A stretch of DNA of 64,000 nucleotides, taken from positions 1 through 64,000 of the forward strand of contig JAYGFR010000031.1 of assembly GCA_046581755.1 (NCBI GenBank). Reading direction: 5' to 3'. Shown piece by piece: positions 37,762 through 47,446 of this stretch. How positions within the stretch are numbered: the first letter of the stretch is position 1; each line of letters begins with the position of its first letter. This stretch comes from Nitrospinota bacterium (GTDB lineage Bacteria; UBA8248). The position numbers and the translations under genes are program-made. The notes under the pieces are model-generated. The model saw only the letters and a program-made list of their open reading frames with translations, did not search any database and was not told the origin of the DNA.

Positions 37762-38703
37762 TCAGGATGCGGCGGCGGCGAAGATATCCTGGCCCGAGGT
37801 GTCCACGGCGTGGGCCCCATGCGCGGCGATTCGGAGGACGTGCATCTGGGTGCCGATGCCGTGGGAGCGGTAGACATCGCGCATGGCGAGCCCCACCTTC
37901 CCGGCGCTCGGATCGCATAAGGCCAGGACACAGGGCCCGGCGCCGCTGATGCAGACCCCCAGCGCGCCCGCCTCGTATGCGGCGGCAAATATCTCATCAA
38001 GGGGGCCCATCAACTCCTTGCGGTAAGGCTGGTGCAGTTTGTCATCCATGGCTTCGCGGAACAGTTCGTTCTGCCCATAAGCGAACGCGGCCATGAGCAT
38101 CCCGACCCGCTGCACGTTGAAAGTTGCGTCCGAAAGGGAAATCTCGCCGGGAAGCCGGAGCCGCGCCTCCTTGGTGCTGACCTCGAAGGAGGGAACGACG
38201 ATTACCCACCGGTAGCGGTCCACGACTGGAGCGCGGGTGTAGAGCGTCCGGCCGTCTTCTCCGATGGCCGAGATGCAAAACCCGCCCACGAGAGCGGGAA
38301 CGACATTATCGGGATGCCCTTCCATTTCCACGGCCAGCTGTACGAGATCGTCCATCGATAGCGGGCTGCCCAGCATGAGATTCCCCCCCACCAGCCCCCC
38401 GACCAGGGCTGCGGAGCTGCTGCCCAATCCTCTGGCAAGAGGAATGTGGTTGCGCTGCTTCATCCAAAGTCCGGGGAGGGTCCGCCCCGCCTTTTGATAT
38501 ACGCGCTTGACCGCCTCGACGGATATATTGGTCTCATCGCGCGGGATGACGTCCATCCCTTCGCCTTCGACGTGAACCGAGAGGCCCCAGGGAAGCTCGT
38601 CGAGTTCGACCCGGTTATAGAGGTTGAGAGCCACGCCCAGCGCATCGAAGCCCGGACCGAGATTGGTGGTGCTTGAGGGAACTTGAACGCGAACCAAGGG
38701 CAA
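37762..38703 (-). CDS. thrB: Homoserine kinase
   Basis: NLGPGFD, PLARGLGSS, EGHPDN, DKLHQPYR and ISGAGP motifs. Confidence 0.95.
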   Translation of the reverse strand: MPLVRVQVPSSTTNLGPGFDALGVALNLYNRVELDELPWGLSVHVEGEGMDVIPRDETNISVEAVKRVYQKAGRTLPGLWMKQRNHIPLARGLGSSSAALVGGLVGGNLMLGSPLSMDDLVQLAVEMEGHPDNVVPALVGGFCISAIGEDGRTLYTRAPVVDRYRWVIVVPSFEVSTKEARLRLPGEISLSDATFNVQRVGMLMAAFAYGQNELFREAMDDKLHQPYRKELMGPLDEIFAAAYEAGALGVCISGAGPCVLALCDPSAGKVGLAMRDVYRSHGIGTQMHVLRIAAHGAHAVDTSGQDIFAAAAS

Positions 38704-38715
38704 ACCGGCACTCCT

Positions 38716-39308
38716 TTATTCCGGTACATCCACCGACATTGCGAACGCGCATCCGGCGTCCCGCATTTCCCGAGTCGCCCGGTCTCCGTCGCCGGGCCGG
38801 ACATCTACCGCGCGGATGGCGTCCTTGAGAACCACTACTTCGAGCCCCTCCCGGCGGCCGTCCAGCGCCGTGGCGCGCACACAATAATCCGTCGCCAGCC
38901 CGCAGACAAATATCCGCCGGATCTTCTTGGATTTCAGCTCGGCGGCCAGCGGGGTTCCGTCGAATCCCGAATAGGCCTCGACATCCTCCCGGGTGCCTTT
39001 CGATATGAGGAGATCGGCCCGGTCGGAATGCATTTGGGGGTGAAATTGGGCGCCCGCCGTATCCGCCACGCAATGGGGAGGCCAGATTCCGCCCTGGGCC
39101 TCAAAGGACATATGGCCGAGGGGATGCCAGTCGCGAGTCGCCACCTTGAACAAGCGGGGATGGGCCAAAGGGTATTGACATGAGGAACGATCAGATCCCC
39201 TTCGGGGACAGCCAGCGCCCCGCCGGGGCAAAAATCGTTCTGCAGATCCACCACCACCAGCGCGTCTCCGGGTCCGGCGGAAATCTCGCTCATCTCCAGG
39301 CCCTCCAT
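38716..39308 (-). pseudogene. pncA: Nicotinamidase, frameshifted near 39167-39169
   Basis: VDLQNDFCPGGALAV is in one frame; TRDWHP..H..WPPHCV..KG..YSGF..GLATDYCV is in another. Adding one T restores NTLLAHPR. Confidence 0.85.
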
Positions 39309-39314
39309 GCAGGA

Positions 39315-39779
39315 TCAGGTACGACCCCCAACAAGTTGCGCATAATACCTCTGAAGAGCTTCCATGAGATTGCTGAAATACTGGCGGTAATAGAATAAGC
39401 TCATTCCGTAGGGGTCTTTAATCGTGTCCCCCGGCTTCCCGCCCAGACGGAACCGCGCCAATTCGACCACTTTTTCGCGTGCAATCGGAAAGTTCATCTC
39501 AATAAATTCTTCATGCTCTGGAGACATCACGACGATTTCGTCGGCCCAGGTCACAAGCTCTTGCGAAAGCGGCTGGGCCACATGAGACATCAGGTCCAGG
39601 CCGGCCGTATCCGCCACCTGCTGCGCCTCGACGGGGGATTTGTTCCCGGCGAAAGCGTGGGTCCCCGCCGACCGGGCGTTTAGGTCGCTCCTTCCCGCGC
39701 GAGAGGAAAAATTTTTCAGCAAGGCTTCGGCCATCGGCGATCGGCACAAATTTCCCGTGCACACAAAAAGAATGTTCAT
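39315..39779 (-). CDS. Low-molecular-weight protein tyrosine/arginine phosphatase
   Basis: CTGNLCRS P-loop and IKDPYG. Confidence 0.92.
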   Translation of the reverse strand: MNILFVCTGNLCRSPMAEALLKNFSSRAGRSDLNARSAGTHAFAGNKSPVEAQQVADTAGLDLMSHVAQPLSQELVTWADEIVVMSPEHEEFIEMNFPIAREKVVELARFRLGGKPGDTIKDPYGMSLFYYRQYFSNLMEALQRYYAQLVGGRT

Positions 39780-40618
39780 TGCCCCGCCCCGGCACTTTCC
39801 ACACCGGCCAACCCGATCCGCAGCCGGATATTTTCTCCCCTCGGGCCCCTTCTCACCGAAATATTCATTTCCCGGCCCCGGTTGAGAAATTCCTTCTCGA
39901 ACGATTCCACCGTAGATACTTTCCGGCCCTCCACCTGAATAATCACGTCTCCGCGCCGAAGCCCAGACCTTTCGGCGGGTTTTCCGGCGAAAACCTGGGA
40001 AACGAGCAACCCGGCCGCGTCCCCGCCGCCGAAATAGCGAGAGAGCGAGGGAGTCAACGACTGAAGAACAACTCCCATGCGTTTGCGGTGGGTCAGACTT
40101 GAACCGGAGCGGCGAAGTTCCCCATCGCGCAGAACCTGGGCTTTGGCAAATATGGGGGCCTTGACCCGCAAGGCCAGTGCGATTGCATCCGAAGGACGGC
40201 TGTCGATAAAAAAACTGCGGTCTGGGGACTTCATCTCGATATGGGCATAAAACATCCCGCCCTTAAGCTCGGTAATGACAACGCGAACCACCTTTGCTTT
40301 TAGGCCACCGATAATATTTCGAAGCAAATCATGGGTCATTGGCCTTTTGGGCGTAACTCCTCGAAGTTGCATCATAATGGCACGGGCCTCTGCCATGCCG
40401 ATCCATATTGGAATCATCCGGCCTTGAATTTTATCCTCAAGGACAACGACGGGCTGCTTGTTTCGCGAATCGAGAACGACCGTCTTCACATGGACTCGCC
40501 GCATCCCACTGGCAGCCGGAAACTCAGCCGCCGGTGCCTGCGCCAGGAATGGAAGCACAAGAATCCCGACCACGGCCGAGATCAGGCCCATCCCATTTTT
40601 TGACGGTCTGCAACTCAC
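39776..40618 (-). CDS. Bifunctional nuclease (DUF151) domain plus PDZ domain, with signal-like N-terminus
   Basis: IPIWIG..EA, RPMTHDLL and DSRPSDAIALA. PDZ part GLLVSQV..PAERSGLRRGDVI. Start uncertain. Confidence 0.85.
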   Translation of the reverse strand: MSCRPSKNGMGLISAVVGILVLPFLAQAPAAEFPAASGMRRVHVKTVVLDSRNKQPVVVLEDKIQGRMIPIWIGMAEARAIMMQLRGVTPKRPMTHDLLRNIIGGLKAKVVRVVITELKGGMFYAHIEMKSPDRSFFIDSRPSDAIALALRVKAPIFAKAQVLRDGELRRSGSSLTHRKRMGVVLQSLTPSLSRYFGGGDAAGLLVSQVFAGKPAERSGLRRGDVIIQVEGRKVSTVESFEKEFLNRGREMNISVRRGPRGENIRLRIGLAGVESAGAGQ

Positions 40619-41086
40619 TCGAGTATCCTCGATAAAAAAAAACTCATATTTCTAGCAAAATGGTGCAAAATTTATTGAGGGAATTTAACTCCTCTTTAAA
40701 TTCGCTCCCGGGCAAGCCACCGGAGGATGGTCAAACGCGCCGCCGGTGAGACGAAGGCTCACTGTCTTCATCACCGGATCCCACTTGGCGATTTCAGCCC
40801 TCCAATATCAGCACCGACATACTCAGCCTATCACCTAGAAAATAGCCCGATCAAGAAATATAACAAAATGAAACTTTCTCTCGTAAATAACGCCGCCGAT
40901 AGGATAAATCGTGCCGATCAAAGCATCCCCTAATCTCTACCAGGGTCTTGACACCTGCGCCAACTCTGATCCAACCTTAACCTGTTGCGAAATTTCAAGC
41001 CACTGATTCTATTTTTATGGCATCCATTAGGCCGATTTGTTTTTTCAGCGAAGACCGCAAAAACCCGAAATGGGTGAGGTTTTCAG

Positions 41087-41467
41087 ATGCAGCGCATTAA
41101 AGTCGAACAAGCCGCGACGGACATGGTCATCGCCCAGCCCGTCGAAACCTCGACGGGGCAGGTTCTTTGCTCCAAAGAGACGGTTCTGACCCAAACCTTG
41201 ATCGACCGGCTGGAAAAAATCGACATCACCCACATTACGGTGGAAGGGCATCCCGTGGACGACGGGAAACCCGTCAAGACGTTTGAAGAGGAGATGGCCG
41301 AGATCGATATTCGGTTCCGCTCCGTCTTGGACAACAAACTCATGGCCGCGCTGAAAGTGGTCGTTCAAAAACACATACAAAAGAAGTACAAGATGCTCTC
41401 CGAAGAAATCGCAGCCAGCGAAAAGCGGAATCAAGAAGCCGAGGAGTCCGAAACGGCTAAAAAGTAG
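41087..41467 (+). CDS. Hypothetical protein preceding the HDOD gene
   Basis: GAGGT RBS, 126-aa ORF with typical codon usage, co-directional with the HDOD gene. Confidence 0.7.
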   Translation: MQRIKVEQAATDMVIAQPVETSTGQVLCSKETVLTQTLIDRLEKIDITHITVEGHPVDDGKPVKTFEEEMAEIDIRFRSVLDNKLMAALKVVVQKHIQKKYKMLSEEIAASEKRNQEAEESETAKK

Positions 41468-41503
41468 AGTCTCCCGTTAAACCACGAAACGCGAGGACCG
41501 CCC

Positions 41504-42343
41504 GTGGCGATTGATTCTTCTCTTTTCAAACATAAAGTCCAAGCCCTCGAAAATCTGCCGACTCTTCCGGGCGTCGTGGCAAAGCTATCCACCATGGTGG
41601 AAAGTCCCACGATCAGCACCGCCCAGGTCGGTGAAATGATTCAGGCCGATCAGGTCCTCTCGGCCAAGGTGCTCAGGCTGATCAATTCAGCATTTTTTGG
41701 ATTTCCCGGGAAAATCTCGACCGTCACGCATGCCCTCGTCCTCCTTGGGTTCAATGCGGTAAAAGGGCTGGTCTTGACGGCCTCGGCGTTCGATATCATG
41801 GCCACTGAGATGATGAATCTGTGGAAACATTCCCTTGGTGTTTCCCTGGCCGCCGGAATTATCTCCAGAAGGCTCAACCTCAAGGACACAGAAGAAGTCA
41901 TCGTCGCCGGCCTTTTACACGACATCGGCAAGGTGGCGCTCAAGGTGGAAGGTCCCGAGCAATTCGATGCCGTGATGGAAAACGTCCACCAAACCAAAGG
42001 CCTATTTATCGAATCCGAAAATGAAGTTCTCGGATTCAACCACACCAGGGTCGGGGAATGGCTCAGCGAAAAATGGAACCTTCCGCCGAATCTGCGGGAC
42101 CCAATCACATTGCACCACCGCCCCCAAAGCGCCAAAAACGCTCCCGAGGCCACCGCCGTGGTTCACATGGCGGATATCCTTGTGCGATCAATTGGATATG
42201 GAAACGGCGGCGACATGGGAATCCCGGTTCTCGACCGGGAAACCGTCAAATCGCTGAATCTCTCCCTTGCCGATATTGGAGAGATCCTTGATGAGATGGA
42301 GGGCGAATTCTTCAAGAGCGAAGATCTGATCCCATCGGAATGA
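41504..42343 (+). CDS. HDOD domain protein
   Basis: LPTLP, DQVLSAKVLRLINSAFFG, GLLHDIGK and WNLP motifs. Confidence 0.92.
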   Translation: MAIDSSLFKHKVQALENLPTLPGVVAKLSTMVESPTISTAQVGEMIQADQVLSAKVLRLINSAFFGFPGKISTVTHALVLLGFNAVKGLVLTASAFDIMATEMMNLWKHSLGVSLAAGIISRRLNLKDTEEVIVAGLLHDIGKVALKVEGPEQFDAVMENVHQTKGLFIESENEVLGFNHTRVGEWLSEKWNLPPNLRDPITLHHRPQSAKNAPEATAVVHMADILVRSIGYGNGGDMGIPVLDRETVKSLNLSLADIGEILDEMEGEFFKSEDLIPSE

Positions 42344-42436
42344 CTCCGGCCCATCGAAACGATTCCGGCCGCGTCCCCCCCGCAGGAACGCTTATTCTTC
42401 CCGCACATTTCCATTTAATGCCCCGGAGCCGCCCCC

Positions 42437-43216
42437 ATGACCGACGCTCCCGCCTTGGCGCTGACCGTCCTTGGCACCGGTGATGCCTTTGCCTCCGGCG
42501 GCCATCCCCATAGCTGCTACCTGGCCGAGCCGCTCAGGCGCGAAGAGGGCGAAGCCCGGGCCTTGCTGATCGATTGCGGCCCCACCGCAGTTCCGACACT
42601 CCAGGGAATGAACTTCGACCTGGGCAAAATCGACCTTGTACTCCTGACCCACCATCATGGCGACCATATCGCGGGGATCGCCTTCCTCTACCTGAATTAC
42701 CAGTTCATGGTCCGCCGGGAGACCTCCCTCACCGTCGCGGGTCCGCCCGGCACAGAGGAAAAATGCGAGGAAATCTTTCGAGCGAACTACGGAGAAACCG
42801 CCGATCTCATGAAGCGCCGCTTCGAACTGAACTACATCGAACTTGTCGAAGACCGAGAGCAGGAGATTTGCGGCCTCAATGTGCTTCCGAAGCGGGTCAC
42901 GCACATGCGAAAAGGAATCCCCTACGGATATCGGATTCGCTGGAAGGGACGCTCGTTCGGCCTGAGCGGCGATACCGAATGGGACGAAAATCTGATTGAT
43001 CTTGCCGAGGGAACAGACCTGTTTCTGGCGGAATGTTTCTCCGCCGGGGAAAAAATTCCGTTTCACACCTCGCTAAAAGACCTCGAACGGGAATCGGACC
43101 GCCTCCGCACGCGGCGGCTTCTTCTGACGCATATGGGCGAAGATGTTCGTCGCCTGACCGCCGCAGGCAAATCCCTCTTCGAAGCCGCCCGCGACGGCCA
43201 GCGGATCGAATTCTAG
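42437..43216 (+). CDS. MBL-fold hydrolase (RNase Z/BN-like)
   Basis: LGTGDAF, THHHGDH, SGDT and LTHM motifs. Confidence 0.85.
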   Translation: MTDAPALALTVLGTGDAFASGGHPHSCYLAEPLRREEGEARALLIDCGPTAVPTLQGMNFDLGKIDLVLLTHHHGDHIAGIAFLYLNYQFMVRRETSLTVAGPPGTEEKCEEIFRANYGETADLMKRRFELNYIELVEDREQEICGLNVLPKRVTHMRKGIPYGYRIRWKGRSFGLSGDTEWDENLIDLAEGTDLFLAECFSAGEKIPFHTSLKDLERESDRLRTRRLLLTHMGEDVRRLTAAGKSLFEAARDGQRIEF

Positions 43217-43228
43217 CCTCGAGACCCG

Positions 43229-43534
43229 TTACTTCGTCTGAGTCAATAAAACGTCGTACATGCTGACCTTAGCCGGTCCGGTGAATAAATCGGGAGGCGT
43301 ATCTGATGATCGGGCGTGCGCTTTGTGAAACGATTCGCTCCCGACCCAGCTATCAAACGCCGATTTGTCTTCCCAAGTGGTATGGCTGATAAAATCGCCG
43401 CCATCGCCGCGCAGAAGGTGAAACTCCTGGAAGCCTTCAACTTCGTGGAGATACGAATCCCGAGTCCGCCAAATTTCCTCGAACTCCTCTTCTCGGCCCT
43501 CGGCCACTTGAAAGCGGTTCATTACGATGTACAT
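43229..43534 (-). CDS. Antibiotic biosynthesis monooxygenase family (IsdG/HmoA-like)
   Basis: MNRF..G.EEEFE..W..R and W..SESFHKAH motifs. Confidence 0.85.
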   Translation of the reverse strand: MYIVMNRFQVAEGREEEFEEIWRTRDSYLHEVEGFQEFHLLRGDGGDFISHTTWEDKSAFDSWVGSESFHKAHARSSDTPPDLFTGPAKVSMYDVLLTQTK

Positions 43535-43779
43535 ATAAAACTCCTCAACCTCACTGAGTAAATTCCCGTACCGGGATCATGGCTGGCCACTCCATTTGAG
43601 ACGCGGCAAACGCCGCTTTCTCCATCTTATTTTCAACGGCAGGGGGTATGAAAATCAAGGGACCGGAGAGAAATTCTTTCTTCCTTTTGACATCTGTTTC
43701 TCTTCTGATTCATGCTGGAAATACACGTACCAGATACTCCTCCCAAAACGAAAATTTTCAACATACATGGAGGCTTACT

Positions 43780-44136
43780 ATGAGCAACGCGGCAAAGAGA
43801 AAAGCTTGCCTCATTCGGCCCTCGGAGGTCCCAGACGATGAAATCGACGGCGGAGCCACCCATAAAACCATCATCACCCGGGGGGCAAACGAAACCGACA
43901 TTACCGTCTACCGCTCACAAATAACCCCGGGCAAATCCCACGACTGGCATCATCACGAGGTGGACGAGGTGATTTTCTGCGTCGCCGGAGAGGGGCGCTA
44001 CGAGCTCGAAGACAGCGAGATTTGCTTCAAGGCCGGTGATTTTATCTTCATGCCCAAAGGCACCGAGCACCGCAGCTCGTCTACGACCGATGGCCCCGTC
44101 GAACTCGTCGCCATCTTTCAGCCCGGCCTCGAATAA
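43780..44136 (+). CDS. Cupin domain protein
   Basis: GGAGG RBS, then ATG 43780. WHHHEVDE...G.G and GD...PKGTEH motifs. Confidence 0.85.
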   Translation: MSNAAKRKACLIRPSEVPDDEIDGGATHKTIITRGANETDITVYRSQITPGKSHDWHHHEVDEVIFCVAGEGRYELEDSEICFKAGDFIFMPKGTEHRSSSTTDGPVELVAIFQPGLE

Positions 44137-44190
44137 TGCGTGGACGATCATCGCTCCGAAGTCCAAGATTGCCCGGCTGGGTGCCACCCC

Positions 44191-45074
44191 CTATTTCTTC
44201 GGCGGAATGTGGCGCACCTTCCGCTCTTTCTTGATGGGCTTGAAGGAGCGAAGATAAGCCACGATAGCGTCCAGATCCTCCGCGTGGATGTTCTGGTAGA
44301 AATGATAGGGCATCGGCGGGAACATTTTGCTCCCGTCGGCGCGATATCCGGTGAAGATGGCTGATTTGACCTGCCACTCCGACCATTTGCCTATTCCGGT
44401 TTCCGGGTCGGGAGTGATGTTGGCCGAAACAGTCTGCCCCCACGGGCCGCGAACGACAAAACCACCCGCCCCGAGCTGGTTCTTAAAGTCGCGTCGCCCC
44501 TTCACCATCGGCGTGTGGCACTCGATACAGTGGCCGAGCGGCCCGGCGAGATAGGCGCCATATTTCAGTTTGTCCTTGCGCGAAACCTCGGGCCGGCTTC
44601 TCTTCTGACCCCATGCGGGCGGTAGCGGAATCCGGTACACCCCTCTAGGCACCTTGTTCTTTACCGGCTTCACCTGCCGAAGATAGGCGATGAACGCCCA
44701 CACGTCCCGGTCGGAAATCATGGAATAGAGACCGCCGGGCATCGGGGGGCCGATGAGAGAGCCATCTGGGCGCTTCCCCGTACGAATGGCTGCAAAAATC
44801 TGATCGTCCGTCCAGTTTCCAATTCCGGTCTCTTTGTCGGGGGTGATGTTTGAGGCATAGGTGGTGAACGGAGGCTCAACCCACTTATGCCCCCCGGCAA
44901 ACTCCCTGCTGGAATCGGGTTTTCCCATGAGACTGCCCGGCGTGTGGCAATTTCCGCAGGCGACAACCCCGTTCATGAGGTATTTTCCGCGCTCCAGCAG
45001 CGTCTCGGCGGATACCGCGCCGCCAAAAACCAAGGCCACCAAAATATCAGATAAACCCAAATTTTCCCCATCAC
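44191..45074 (-). CDS. Diheme cytochrome c; probable frameshift in the signal peptide
   Basis: CGNCH and CIECH heme motifs, with repeated NITPD.ETGIG.W. One extra T at 45041-45044 would give the signal MGKIWVYLIFLVALVFGGAVSA. Confidence 0.85.
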
Positions 45075-45392
45075 GGAATTCCTCTTGGATTCAGGCCCCA
45101 GCGCCCGAATCTGGCGGATGGGCACGATTCCTAGCCAATCAATCGCTAGGTAGAATTAACCATTGGGTACGAGCAAGTCATATAAAAGAAAGTCCATGCT
45201 ACTTCCTGGAAGTTTCATTTTGCAAGATGGCTGCTGGCAAGATGGCGGCCCTCTCTAAATCCACCGGGAAGAAGAATTCCGCACAAATAACCATTTGATA
45301 TCTATACCGTTACATGCACTTGACAACTATGTTCGATATTTGTTTGTATTCTAAATGTATTTCTTTCGACACCAGATTTCGGTGGAGGTGCT

Positions 45393-46766
45393 ATGAGCAG
45401 CACTGCCACCCGGGGTGATCTCACCGGGACAATCCACACGGCCGAGGTCGAGACCATCGCCGCAGGCGGGGCCGGCGTCGCCCGCCTCGACGGGCGCGCG
45501 GTTTTCATTCCGCGCACCGTTCCCGGCGACAGGGTCAGCTTCCGCATATTAGCCGACAAGGGAAGATTCCTCCGGGGCGAATTCGAGGAGATCGCCCGCG
45601 CGGGAGCCGACCGGCGCGATCCCCCCTGCCCAGACTGGGCCGAATGCGGCGGCTGCCCTCTTCAGCAAATGACGCCCGGCGGACAGACCGAGGCGAAGAG
45701 TCGTATATTTCTGGATGCGCTTTCGCGGATCGGCAAGATCGAAACCTTAGTCCAGCCCCAACTCCTCAAGGACACCGCCCCCGAGTTCGCCTACCGGATT
45801 CGTGCGCGGTTTCAGATCAAAGGAGATGCCATCGGTTTCTTTGCCCCGGGAACGCGAGACCTGATTCCGGTCAATTCCTGCCTCCTGACCGAGGAGCCGG
45901 TTTCGGCGGCCTTCGACGATATTAGGCAGCTTCTCCAAGAAGAGCCCGCCGCGCGCGGAATCGAATCGGTCGAGATCACTTCGCTGGACGAAGATCCGGA
46001 TATGGGCGCTGGCCTTCTTATCTACCCTATCGGAACCCGGGACCGGGGAAAAGGAACCCTTTCGGGCAAGACCCGCCAGGCCTGGAGGTCTTTCAGCCGC
46101 TCCAGCGGCCGGCCCCTCGCGGTCGCCGGAGAGCGGACGCCGGAGGAGGCTCCCCGGTGGACGGCGCGGTATGAGTTGGACGCACCGGCGGGCAGGCCGC
46201 TTTCGCTGCGGGTCTCTCCCGAATCTTTTTTGCAGGCCAACCGCTCGGTCAACCGGCTGCTCGTTCAGGCCGTAACTACGGGGGCGGCGCTTCCCAGGGA
46301 TGGACGCGCGGTGGACCTGTACTGCGGGGCGGGCAATTTTTCGATCCCGTTGGCCATGATCGCCGGGCGCGTGGTGGGCGTCGAATCCAGCCCCTTCGCC
46401 ATCCGGGACGCCGAGGCGAACGCCCGCGAGGCCGGCCTGGATAACCTGCGCTTTATCCAGGGCGAATCCGGGCGGATCGAAGCGGACGAAATCCTGGATG
46501 CGCTGGGCGACGGCACGCCCGATCTGTTGCTCCTCGATCCGCCCCGGCGCGGGGCGCTCGAGACAGTCCCGCTCATACTGAGGTTGATGCCCGGGCAAAT
46601 CATCTACGTCTCGTGCAATCCCGCCACGTTTGCCCGCGACGCACGGGATCTCACCGAAGGAGGCTACCGCATGGAGACGGCGCTGATCGCCCCCATGTTT
46701 CCCAATACCGCCCACGTCGAGTCCGTCACCTGGTGGAAGCGCGAGAACGCTCCCGCCCCTGGTTAA
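45393..46766 (+). CDS. rlmD: TRAM-domain RNA (uracil-5-)-methyltransferase, RlmD/TrmA family
   Basis: C..CGGC cluster, SFLQAN, DLYCGAG, LDPPRRG, YVSCNPAT and MFPNTAHVE motifs. Confidence 0.85.
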   Translation: MSSTATRGDLTGTIHTAEVETIAAGGAGVARLDGRAVFIPRTVPGDRVSFRILADKGRFLRGEFEEIARAGADRRDPPCPDWAECGGCPLQQMTPGGQTEAKSRIFLDALSRIGKIETLVQPQLLKDTAPEFAYRIRARFQIKGDAIGFFAPGTRDLIPVNSCLLTEEPVSAAFDDIRQLLQEEPAARGIESVEITSLDEDPDMGAGLLIYPIGTRDRGKGTLSGKTRQAWRSFSRSSGRPLAVAGERTPEEAPRWTARYELDAPAGRPLSLRVSPESFLQANRSVNRLLVQAVTTGAALPRDGRAVDLYCGAGNFSIPLAMIAGRVVGVESSPFAIRDAEANAREAGLDNLRFIQGESGRIEADEILDALGDGTPDLLLLDPPRRGALETVPLILRLMPGQIIYVSCNPATFARDARDLTEGGYRMETALIAPMFPNTAHVESVTWWKRENAPAPG

Positions 46767-46790
46767 GGATCGTCCCAAGGAGAGAAGGCC

Positions 46791-47404
46791 ATGTTTTTGA
46801 CCCGCAGGCAACGCGAAATCTTTGAATTCATCCAGGAGTTCATCCGGGAAAAGGATACGCTCCAAGCATCGCGGAGATCGGAGCCCACTTCAAACTCTCC
46901 TCCCCGGCCACCGTGCACAAGCATCTTCAAAACCTCTCGCAAAAAGGCCTCATCAAGCGCAGCTGGAACCGATCCCGCGCGATCGAACTCATACCCGGCG
47001 CGGACACGGTGGGCAAAGAGGCCGGCGCCCCTGTCGAGCTTCCCCTGCGCGGGATAATCGCCGCGGGCGTTCCGCTCGAGGCCGTCCAGGACAACGAAAC
47101 CATCCCCCTTCCCTGGTCCTCGAGCGACAACAACCTCTATGTCCTCAAGGTCAAGGGCAACTCCATGGTTGAGGATCATATTCAGGACGGCGATTACGTC
47201 ATCGTCGAGCAGCGCGAAACCGCCCAAAATGGCGAGACCGTCGTCGCCCTGCTGGAGGGTGAAAACGCCACCCTGAAACGGTACTACCGGGAGGGGGACC
47301 GGGTCCGCCTCCAGCCGGCAAACGCATCGATGAACCCGATCCTGGTGAACGAGGGCGACCTCCGCATCCAGGGCGTGGTCGTGGGCGTTCTCAGAAAGTA
47401 CTAA
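46791..47404 (+). pseudogene. lexA: SOS repressor LexA, frameshifted at about 46849-46854
   Basis: MFLTRRQREIFEFI...EK in frame 0; GYAPSIAEIG...ATVHKHL, IAAGVP, GNSM and TLKR in the -1 frame. Confidence 0.9.
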
Positions 47405-47446
47405 GCGACTGCTCCCGCTCCTCCGAAAGCCGCCCGGGAGCCCAGA

